A DNA stretch of 64,000 nt from Eledone cirrhosa (Eukaryota): the NCBI GenBank assembly GCA_964016885.1, contig OZ024740.1, positions 216,442,001-216,506,000 of the forward strand. The letters are read 5' to 3'. The notes beneath the pieces were generated by a model that made no database searches, was not told where the DNA came from, and saw only the letters and a program-made list of their open reading frames with translations. The translations under genes were made by a program, and so were the position numbers. This document shows, piece after piece, positions 13,635 through 24,703 of the stretch. How positions within the stretch are numbered: position 1 is the first letter of the stretch; each line of letters opens with the position of its first letter.

Positions 13635-13980
13635 TCCTGTCCTAGGGTTAAAAACCCCAGGAACGACAAGATATATGACCTCACTCCAACTAATACAGGT
13701 CTAAAAGGTCGTGAAAGTGACCCGTAAATACATTGGTGTATAGTGAAGGCGGCAAATCGTAGACTCGCCGTCTATAATCGCCACTAAAAAAATCTCTTTA
13801 GTAACTAAATAGAACGACAAATTTTTATCTCTACATACTGGAGATTATTGAATAAGGTTAATATATATCTGAGGGTACAATGTACCCCCGGAAATATATA
13901 GTGTGTCTATGATTTAAGGTGGTTCATATATATATATCAATATATATATATATATATATCAATATATATATATATATATA

Positions 13981-14092
13981 TGTCCTATGCGAGCAAGACA
14001 ATCACTCTTGCCTCAAGTGGGAAAACCCCCGTCCAAACCCATGCAAGCGTGGAACACGGACGTTAAACGTTGATGATGAGGATGATGATGAT
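13981..14092 (+). mobile_element. RTE subfamily-1 3' terminal fragment
   Basis: Near-identical to 16645-16750; (GAT)n tail. Confidence 0.85.
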
Positions 14093-14217
14093 ATATCAAT
14101 ATATATATATATATATCAATATATATATATATATCAATATATATATATATATCAATATATATATATATATATCAATATATATATATCAATATATATATAT
14201 ATATCAATATATATATA

Positions 14218-14719
14218 AATTGAAACAAAATGAAAACGAAATTTCATTTCTCACTCTTAGTATGGCACTTACTTAAATGTAAGTATGCATGTATACGTAC
14301 ATACATATATGTATACAGACGTACAGTAGCATGCACATATATATATATATATACATATGCATACAGGTACACATACATATATGCACGTATCAGTTTAGCG
14401 GCGCTAACGTCGCTTTGTTCATTTGTAAACAAACTGAACAGCCTGAATTTATGCCATACGGTGTTAAGGCAACCACGTCACCTTTTTGTTCAACACTGAC
14501 ACAGGAACGATGTACTAGTTTCAAGCTTGTTAGCTATCATCAGCACCGTTTACCCATCTGCCGAACAAAGCGACGTTAGCGCCGCTAAACTGAGACGTGC
14601 ATATATGTATGTGTACCTGTATGCATATGTATATATATATGTATATATATATATATATGTGCATGCTACTGTACGTCTGTATACATATATGTATGTACGT
14701 ATACATGCATACTTACATT
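14218..14719 (-). mobile_element. Fold-back element with ~145-bp arms (14276-14420 / 14563-14719) and a hammerhead in the loop
   Basis: Arms are reverse complements apart from a TA-length difference and one substitution. Flanked by (TA)n. Confidence 0.75.
14506..14550 (-). ncRNA. Minimal type-I hammerhead ribozyme motif
   Basis: AACGGTG-CTGATGA-T-AGCT-AACA-AGCT-T-GAAA-CTAG-TA/CATCGTT. 7-bp stem I, 4-bp stem II, palindromic stem III ACTAGT, GUA triplet. Confidence 0.85.
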
Positions 14720-15094
14720 CAATATATATATATATATCAATATATATATATATATCAATATATATATATATATATATATATCAATATATATATATATATA
14801 TCAATATATATATATATATCAATATATATATATATATATCAATATATATATATATCAATATATATATATATATATATCAATATATATATATATATATATC
14901 AATATATATATATATATATATCAATATATATATATATCAATATATATATATATATATATCAATATATATATATATATATCAATATATATATATATATCAA
15001 TATATATATATATATCAATATATATATATATATATATATATCAATATATATATATATATATATATCAATATATATATATATGTATATATATCTA

Positions 15095-15141
<47 letters not shown>

Positions 15142-15183
15142 ATACTTTGGGAGGGTCATGTTGCCAATATCTATATATATATA

Positions 15184-15236
<53 letters not shown>

Positions 15237-15237
15237 C

Positions 15238-15294
<57 letters not shown>

Positions 15295-15375
15295 CTATAT
15301 ATATATATATGTATATATATCTATATATATATATATGTATATATATCTATATATATATATATATGTATATATATC

Positions 15376-15406
<31 letters not shown>

Positions 15407-15407
15407 C

Positions 15408-15456
<49 letters not shown>

Positions 15457-15474
15457 ATATATATATATATATAT

Positions 15475-15532
<58 letters not shown>

Positions 15533-15638
15533 CTCTCTCTATATATATATATGTATATATATCTATCTATATATATATATATATATATATTGTTATACTT
15601 TGGGAGGGTCATGTTGCCAATATCTATATATATATATA

Positions 15639-15685
<47 letters not shown>

Positions 15686-15686
15686 C

Positions 15687-15723
<37 letters not shown>

Positions 15724-15742
15724 CTATATATATATATATATA

Positions 15743-15793
<51 letters not shown>

Positions 15794-15808
15794 CTATATA
15801 TATATATA

Positions 15809-15865
<57 letters not shown>

Positions 15866-15866
15866 C

Positions 15867-15901
<35 letters not shown>

Positions 15902-15902
15902 C

Positions 15903-15939
<37 letters not shown>

Positions 15940-15940
15940 C

Positions 15941-15971
<31 letters not shown>

Positions 15972-15988
15972 CTATATGTATATATATC

Positions 15989-16033
<45 letters not shown>

Positions 16034-16042
16034 CTATATATA
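14720..16042. repeat. (TA)n microsatellite with TATC/TATG/TCAA interruptions
   Basis: Direct inspection; source of the IY-repeat ORFs. Confidence 0.95.
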
Positions 16043-16043
16043 G

Positions 16044-16750
16044 TAACAGTAATATACGTGAACGGCAAAGCATAAACGAACTAAGGAAAAAAATTAGAGA
16101 TAAGAGGGATCAGATGTTGTTTTACTCGAGAGAAGGCTACGTTGGTATGGACACGTGATGCGCATGAAAGTCGATAGCTGTATAACAAAGTGCAGGGCAA
16201 TAAAGATAGACGGTAGTCACGGAATAGGGCAGACCTAGAAAAACCTGGGACGAGCTGATAAACTCCGACATCACACACTTACACCTCTCCAAGACAATGT
16301 CACTGGACCGAGACCTTTGGCGGTACTCGGTAACAGAGAAGACCCGCCTTACCTAAATATATAGTAAAACCCACTCCAGCCAGTAGGCATCTCTAACAAA
16401 ATACACCCCGTCCCACCACCCCCACCCCCACCCGATCCACACCACCCCGTTCTATGTAAAGTTATGTTGGTGCCGCGCCATCGAGGCCGAAACAAATGAG
16501 ATCGTGTAGGTGTCACGACAAAAAAAACACACAGTCCATGCTGTAATGTGGCCGTGTAGGCAACACGGTAAAAACCTCCCAGACCCACACTGTAAATGTG
16601 GTTGGTGTTAGGAAGGGCATCCAACTGTAGAAACCTGCCAGACAGTCCTATGCGAGCAAGACAATCACTCTTGCCTCAAGTGGGACTACCCCCGTCCAAA
16701 CCCATGCAAGCGTGGAACACGGACGTTAAACGTTGATGATGATGATGATG
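16044..16750 (+). mobile_element. RTE-clade LINE, subfamily 1, 5'-truncated, frameshifted ORF end plus 3' UTR
   Basis: Encodes [29 protein letters not shown] across frameshifts; ends in a hairpin and (GAT)n. Confidence 0.9.
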
Positions 16751-16931
16751 ATATATGTATATATATATATATATGTATATATATCTATATCTATATATAT
16801 ATATATGTATATATATCTATATCTATATATATATATCTATATATATCTATATCTATATATATATGTATATATATCTATATATGTATATATATCTATATCT
16901 ATATATATATATGTATTTATATCTATATCTC

Positions 16932-17057
<126 letters not shown>

Positions 17058-17070
17058 ATATATATCTATA

Positions 17071-17117
<47 letters not shown>

Positions 17118-17226
17118 CTATATAAATATATATATATATATATATGTATGTATATATATGTATATATAGCTATATCTATATATATATATATATACATATA
17201 TATATCTATATATATATACATATACG

Positions 17227-17257
<31 letters not shown>

Positions 17258-17325
17258 AAAAAGGGATGAAATCGAAAATGCAACTGAAGTCTTATTTTTT
17301 TAAAAATATATATATTTATTTGATT

Positions 17326-17363
17326 CCTTTACCGGTTTCGCAGTTCTTCTGCTTTTCAAAAGG
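17326..17363 (-). ncRNA. Minimal hammerhead motif with U3-A8 core variant
   Basis: CCTT-TTGAAAA-GCAG-AAGAA-CTGC-GAAA-CCGG-TA/AAGG. Stems I and II 4 bp, palindromic stem III ACCGGT. Lies in a ~150-bp island within (TA)n. Confidence 0.65.
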
Positions 17364-17428
17364 TGAGTTGAGATGGAGGGTCTGTGGTTTTTCTCACATC
17401 TTTCTATATATATATATATATATACATA

Positions 17429-17576
<148 letters not shown>

Positions 17577-17597
17577 TATGTATATATATATATATAG

Positions 17598-17628
<31 letters not shown>

Positions 17629-17789
17629 GATATGTATATATATATATGTATATAGATATGTATATATATATGTATATATATATATATATGTATATATATA
17701 CATATATATATATATATATGTATATATATACATATATATATATATATATACATATAGATGTACATATATACATATATATATATATGATG

Positions 17790-17859
<70 letters not shown>

Positions 17860-17904
17860 TATATATGTATGTATATATATACATATATATATATATAGAT
17901 ATAT

Positions 17905-18137
17905 ATATTTATTAAAATAACAGATTAAAGTTTAAGCAAAGAATCGCTGCTTTCACCCTTAACGGGATACTTTGTTAGTTTCAGAAGATCCCGTTAAGGG
18001 TGAAAGCAGCGATTCTTGGCTTAAACTTTAATCTGTTATTTTAATAAATATTTGCTCTACGGTTCTTATATATTTGATATATATTTATCCTTATCAAGCC
18101 CTCTTTGGATTTCAGTCTTCAAATTTATTATTATTAC
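17905..18137 (+). mobile_element. Fold-back Penelope-like remnant (64-bp arms, 19-nt loop) with damaged hammerhead
   Basis: 17905-17968 vs 17988-18051, one mismatch. CAGAAGA-T-CCC-GTTAA-GGG-T-GAAA-G..TTC resembles an HHR core with one core mismatch and no stem I. Confidence 0.6.
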
Positions 18138-18295
18138 TATAGATATATATATAGATATATATGTAGATATATATATAGATATATATATATATAGAAATAT
18201 ATAGATATATATAGATATACATATATATTTCTATATATATAGATATACATATATATATCTATATATATACATATATATATATATAGATATATATG

Positions 18296-18365
<70 letters not shown>

Positions 18366-18423
18366 GATAGATATAGATATGTATATATATCTATATATAT
18401 ATATATGTATATATATCTATATA

Positions 18424-18459
<36 letters not shown>

Positions 18460-18619
18460 GATATAGATATATATATAGATATATATGTAGATATATATAT
18501 ATATATATAGAGATATATATATACATATAAATATCTATATATATAGATATCCATATATATATCTATATATATAGATATACATATATATATCTATATATAT
18601 ATATATATATAGATATATG

Positions 18620-18669
<50 letters not shown>

Positions 18670-18694
18670 GATATATATACATATATATATATCT

Positions 18695-19722
18695 ATCATC
18701 ATCATCATCATCATCAACGTTTAATGTCCGTGTTCCACGCTTGCATGGGTTTGGACGGGGGTAGTCCCACTTGAGGCAAGAGTGATTGTCTTGCTCGCAT
18801 AGGACTGTCTGGCAGGTTTTCTACAGTTGGATGCCCTTCCTAACACCAACCACATTTACAGTGTGGGTCTGGGAGGTTTTTACCGTGTTGCCTACACGGC
18901 CACATTACAGCGTGGACTGTGTGTTTTTTTGTCGTGACACCTACACAATCTCATTTGTTTCTGCCTGGATGGTGTGGCACCAACATAACTTTACATAGAA
19001 GGGGGTGGTGTGGATGGGGTGGGTGGGGGGTGTGTATTTTGTTAGAGATGCCTACTGACTGTAGTAGGTTTTACTATGTATTTAGGTAAGGCGGGTCTTC
19101 TCTATTACTGAGTACCGCCAAAGGTCTCGGTCCAGTGACATTGTCTTGGAGAGGTGTAAGTGTGTGTGGTCGGAGATTATCAGCTCGTCCCAGGTTTTTC
19201 TAGGTCTGCCTACTCCGTGGCTACCATCTATCTTTATTGCCCTGCACTTTGTTATACAGCTATCGACTTTCATGCGCATCACGTGTCCATACCAACGTAG
19301 CCTTCTCTCGAGTAAACAACATCTGATCCCTCTTATTTCTAATTTTTTCCTTACTATTTCTATAGAGCCCTCTGCACAGTTGAAAGAGCTAGTATTTTGT
19401 GGGCACTTGCTGCTACTTATTGCACCAGAGCACCGGCCACATGTAAAATCTGTGTTCTTAGTTAGCTTACCTGTGATCCCACTACATCTTTTATGCACCC
19501 ATACTTTGCATTTGGGACATAAAATGGAGTTTCTACCTACGCCTTTCCTACACACTGAGCATGGCCATTTCCCGGAAGGGACCGCCGCCTTATTTTCTTT
19601 CCTACAAACTAGAACTTTAGTCTTAGCCAGGTTAATTTTAAGGCCTTTTGATTCTAGGCCGTGCTTCCATGTTTGGAATTTCTTCTCTAGCTCGGCCATT
19701 GATTCAGCTATGAGTGTCAGGT
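18695..19722 (-). mobile_element. RTE-clade LINE subfamily 1, 5'-truncated, with PHD-like finger and in-frame internal deletion
   Basis: ORF 19082-19762: LTLIAES..GLKINLAKTKV (RT C-terminal motifs, truncated at the YADD position), C4HC3 finger, [18 protein letters not shown]. About 100 codons missing at ~19353 relative to the neighbouring copy. Confidence 0.92.
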
Positions 19723-19780
19723 ATGTATATAGATATATATATATATATGTATATATATACATTTATATATATATATATAT

Positions 19781-20859
19781 ATCATCATCATCACATCATC
19801 ACCGTTTTACGTCCGTTCTTCCATGCTAGCATGGGTTAGACGGGTTGTCCTGTTGTGGGCAGTGTCTGGTCGGCTAACCATGCCTTGCTCATACAGGAAC
19901 TGATCTGGCTTGATTTCTACAGCTGGATGCCCTTCCTAACACCAACCTCATTTACAGTGAGTGCTGGGTGCTTTTTCGTGGCGCCTACACGTCCACTTTA
20001 CAGTGTGGGCTGGGTGCTTTTTTGCCGTGGCACCTCCACGACCACCTTGCGGTGGGGGGTGTGGGGGCATATTGTCTATATGCTTAAGCTTGGTACCCAT
20101 GGGAGGTCGGGTACTCTGTATCACTGCGTGACGCCAGAAGTCACGGTCGTGTGTCATTGCCTTTGAAAGGTGTAATTGGGTAAGGTCGGCTTTTATCACC
20201 TCATCCCAGGTCATCTTGGGTCTCCCCACTCCACGGTTTCCATCAACTTCTAGCGCTCTGCACCTTTTTATGCAGCTGTCATCCTTCATACGCATCACAT
20301 GTCCATACCAGCGCAACCGCCGCTCCTGCACACAGCATTTGATTCCTCTTATGCTCAGTCTCTCTTTCAATTCATTTATGCTTTGTCGTTCACGTATATT
20401 ACTGTTACACATCCATCGGAGCATGCAGGCTTTGTTTCTGTCTAATCTACGTAAGTCTTCCACCTTCAGCGCCCAGGTCTCACTACCATGCAACATTGCT
20501 GTTCGGATACACGCATCATACAGTCTGCCTTTCATTCTGAGGGAGAAGCCTTTTGCAGCTAGCAGTGGTAGTAGTTCCCTAAACTTCTTCCATCCCGTTC
20601 TTACCCTAGTTATTGTACTTTCTGAACACCCACCTCCGCTGCTAATTTGGTCACCTAGGTAGCAGAAGCTGTCTACTGTTTCTACAGAGCCCTCCCAGAG
20701 ATTGGTGGTACTTGTTTCCTGTGGCTGTTTGCTGCTTGCTGTCTCAGCACAGCTGCTGCATGTGAAGCCTACATTCTTAATTAAGCTTCCTGAGATCCCG
20801 CTACATCTCTTGTGTACCCATTGTTTGCATTTGGGGCAGAGAATGGAGTTCCTACCTAC
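19781..20859 (-). mobile_element. RTE-clade LINE subfamily 2, 5'-truncated, open frame 20859-19948
   Basis: [58 protein letters not shown]; 3' UTR and (TGA)n tail. Confidence 0.93.
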
Positions 20860-20980
20860 ATATATATATCTATATATATATGTATATATATCTATATATA
20901 GTTATATTAATTCTGGCAATATTACACAAATATGACCCTCCCCAAGTATAACAATATCTCTATATGTATATAAATGAAAA

Positions 20981-21060
<80 letters not shown>

Positions 21061-21122
21061 AAATATATATGTATATATCTATATATATACTCTTTTAACT
21101 GTTCCAGCCATCCGTCTGAGGC

Positions 21123-21495
21123 CATCATCATCACCATTTTATGTCCGCTTTTCCCTGCTTGCAAGGGTGGGACGGGAACTGATTCAGGCTTGATTTCTAC
21201 AGCTGGATGCCCTTTCTTCAACCAACCTCATTTACAGTGAGTGCTGGGTGCTTTTTTTTTTTCTGTGGCGCCTACACATCCACTCTACAGTGTGGACTGG
21301 GTGCTTTTTTGCTGTGGCACCTCCACGACTACTTTACAGCGGAATGATAGGGACTCATTTCTACAGCTGAGTAAACTGAAGCAATGTGAAATAAAGTGTC
21401 TTGCTCAAGGAAACAACACATCACCCGGTCTGAGAATTGAACTCACAACCTTTCGATTGCAAGGCCAATGCTCTAACCACTAAGCCATGTGCCTC

Positions 21496-21496
<1 letters not shown>
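21123..21496 (-). mobile_element. tRNA-derived SINE family C, full-length
   Basis: Head GGAGGCACATGGCTTAGTGGTTAGAGC (A box) and GAGTTCAATTC (B box), CORE-like 'ccttgagcaagacactttatttcacattgct', then a 3' part shared with the RTE subfamily-2 UTR. Confidence 0.88.
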
Positions 21497-21539
<43 letters not shown>

Positions 21540-21981
21540 ATACATCAATATATATATGTGTATATCAATATATATATGTATATATCAATATATATATATA
21601 TATATGTATATATCAATATATATATATATATATCAATATATATATATATATATATATATCAATATATATATATATATGTATATATCAATATGTATATATC
21701 AATATATATATATGTATATATCTATATATATATATGTATATATCAATATATATGTATATATCAATATATATATATATTTGTATATATCAATATATATATA
21801 TATATTTGTATATATCAATATATATATATATATTTGTATATATCAATATATATATATGAGTATATATATCAATATATATATATATATATTTGTATATATC
21901 TATATATATATATATATATATATATATGAGTATATATCAAAATATATATATATATATATATGAATATATCAATATATATAT

Positions 21982-22106
21982 ATATTTATTAAAATAACAG
22001 ATATTTGTTATTTTAATAAATATTTGCTCTATGGTTCTTATATATTTGATATATATTTATCCTTATCGAGCCCTCTTTGGATTTTAGTTTTCAAATTTAT
22101 TATTAT

Positions 22107-22110
<4 letters not shown>
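21982..22110 (+). mobile_element. Second copy of the 17905-18137 element with a shorter fold-back
   Basis: 22004-22110 matches 18032-18137; ~20-bp arms at 21982-22023. Confidence 0.75.
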
Positions 22111-22149
<39 letters not shown>

Positions 22150-22152
<3 letters not shown>

Positions 22153-22272
22153 CTATGCGAGCAAGACAACCACTCTTGCCTCAAGTGATAAAACTCCCGT
22201 CGAAACCCATGCAAGCGTGGAACATGGACTGGAACATGGACGTTAAACGATGATGATGATGATGATGATGAT
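22150..22272 (+). mobile_element. RTE subfamily-1 3' terminal fragment
   Basis: Matches 16648-16750, with a small internal duplication. Confidence 0.8.
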
Positions 22273-22354
22273 ATATATAGATATATATATATATATATAT
22301 ACACACACATATATATATATATATCCCTCAATCTTTAATGTATATATCTATCTA

Positions 22355-22423
<69 letters not shown>

Positions 22424-22597
22424 TCATTCCCCCTCTCTCTATGTCTTTATCTTCCATTTTCTACCTACTTATAGCCCAGCCTCATCTCATAAATATACAA
22501 CCTTTAACATTTCAGGTACACTAATGTAGCATTTTACACCCTCCTTTAATCACCCCTTCTCTGCATTTTACAATCAAACTATCTCTTGGTCAACATA

Positions 22598-22648
<51 letters not shown>

Positions 22649-22680
22649 TGTATATACGTATTTATATATATGTGTATATA

Positions 22681-22711
<31 letters not shown>

Positions 22712-22903
22712 GTATATACGTATTTATATATATGTGTATATATATGTGTGTGTGTATATGTATATATATATTATATATGTATTTATATATATGTGTGTAG
22801 ATATATGTGTGTCTATATATATATATGTATATATGTGTATGTATATATATATATATATATATGTGTGTGTCTGTATATATGTGTGTGTATGTATATATAT
22901 GTG

Positions 22904-22949
<46 letters not shown>

Positions 22950-22950
<1 letters not shown>

Positions 22951-23848
22951 CTTCTGCTATCCAAATTAACAGTGGAGGCTGGAGCCCCAGGCGCAAAGTA
23001 GCTAACATAAGAACGGGATGGAAGAAGTTTAGAAGTTTATCTCTGTTGACAACAAGAGGTTTCTCTCTATGAATGAAGGGTGGGTTGTATGATGCCTGTG
23101 TGCAATGCTGCATAGTAATGAGGTATGGGCAGTGACTGCAGAGGCTGGAGAGAAATGAAGAGAGCGTGCTTCAATGGATGTGCAATGTTAATGTAAGTGA
23201 GTGACAAAACATGGATAAACTAAGAGAGAAACTAAGTGTAAGAAGAATCAGTTGTTGTGTGTAGGAAAGAAGTTTGTTCTAGAATGGATGATGAAGTGCC
23301 TAGAAATCCCTGTGGATTTGCAGTAGAGCAAGACCAAGGAAAACCTGGCTGGAAGTTGTGAAAGCTGATCTCAACTGAAACTCACATCATCATCATCATC
23401 ATTTTACGTCCGCTTTTCCCTGCTTGCGAGGGTGGGACAGGAACTGATTCTGGTTTGATTTCTACAGCTGGATACCCTTCCTAACACGAACCTCATTTAC
23501 AGTGTGGGCTGGCTGCTTTTTTGCCGTGGCACCTCCATGACCACTTTACAGTGGAATGATAGGGACCCCAGTCCCTATCATCTCATTTCTACAGCTGAGT
23601 AAACTGGAACAATGTGAAATAAAGTGTCTTGCTCAAGGAAACAACACATCACCCGGTCTGAGAATTGAACTCACAACCTTTCGATTGCAAGGCCAATGCT
23701 CTAACCACTAAGCCATGTGCCTCCACTAAGCCGTATGCCTCACATTAGAGATGATAAAAGATTGGGACAAATGGAGAGATGATGTGCTGAAAAGGACCCA
23801 TCCAACTCATGCTAGCATGGAAAGGCAGACATAAAATGATGATGATGA
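22950..23848 (+). mobile_element. Old RTE-clade LINE (subfamily 3) interrupted by a SINE
   Basis: Degenerate [34 protein letters not shown]; resumes at 23746 and ends in the hairpin plus (TGA)n tail. Confidence 0.8.
23388..23738 (-). mobile_element. SINE family C, full-length, with 7-bp TSD CTCACAT
   Basis: TSD at 23381-23387 and 23739-23745; A and B boxes; ~18-bp duplication of the 5' end. Confidence 0.9.
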
Positions 23849-23853
23849 TACAT

Positions 23854-23884
<31 letters not shown>

Positions 23885-23889
23885 TAAAA

Positions 23890-24422
23890 AAAATAGACGG
23901 TAGCCACGGAGTAGGCAGACTCAGAAAAACCTGGGACGAGTTGATAAATTCCGACCTCACACACTTACACCTCTCCAAGACAATGTCACTGGACCGAGAT
24001 CTTTGGCGCTACACAGTAATACAGAAAACCCGCCTTGCCTAAGTACAAAGCGAAACCTACAGTCAGTAGGCACCTCTAACCAAAATACACCCCCGTCCCA
24101 CCACCCCCACCCCATCCACACCACCCCTTTCGATGTAAAGTTATGTTGGTACCACAACATCCAGTCCAAAATAAATGAGATCGTGTAGGTATCATGACAA
24201 AAAACACACAGTCCACGCTGTAATGTGGCCGTGTAGGTAACACGGTAAAAACCTCCCAGTCCACACTGTAAACGTGGTTGGTGTTAGGAAGGGCATCCAG
24301 CCGTAGAAAACCCGCCAGACAGTCCTATACAAGCAAGACAACCAATCTTGCCTCAGGTGGGAAAACTCCCGTCCAAACCCATGCTAGCGTGGAAGATGGA
24401 CGTTTAACGATGATGATGATGC
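23890..24422 (+). mobile_element. RTE subfamily-1 3' fragment
   Basis: IDGSHGVGRLRKTWDEL..DRDLWRY plus a 3' UTR homologous to 16204-16750. Confidence 0.9.
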
Positions 24423-24703
24423 TGATATATATATATATATATATGTTCACTTACACTCACACATATGTATATACACACATTTATATATTTGTATATCTCT
24501 CTCTCTCTATAAAATCCCCACCACCACCACCACTCTTCTTACCTAGCCATTTCCTGTCGTTATTTATATTTTCTCTATTTATCTTCATCATCAATATTTC
24601 CTTGTTTTTATTTTTAGATCTTCACTATCTCTTATTTTATTTGTGTATGTTGCTACTTTTGGTTCTTGCCTCCTCCTTCACCACCTCTTCCCATTACCCA
24701 CCG

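Larger units (their letters stand above)
12905..13925 (-). mobile_element. 526-bp head-to-tail dimer (1.94 units) with one hammerhead per unit; Penelope pLTR / non-LTR retrozyme-like
   Basis: 12905-13399 is repeated at 13431-13925 with only a few substitutions. No ORF of 60 aa or more in the track. Embedded in a (TA)n/(TATCAA) microsatellite. Confidence 0.8.

Noticed and set aside
19146-20935. Plus-strand ORFs of 227, 148, 103 and 77 aa
   Set aside because: Antisense shadows of the minus-strand RTE copies.
21420-21496. tRNA gene
   Set aside because: A and B boxes are present but there is no acceptor stem; it is the SINE head and continues into SINE body.
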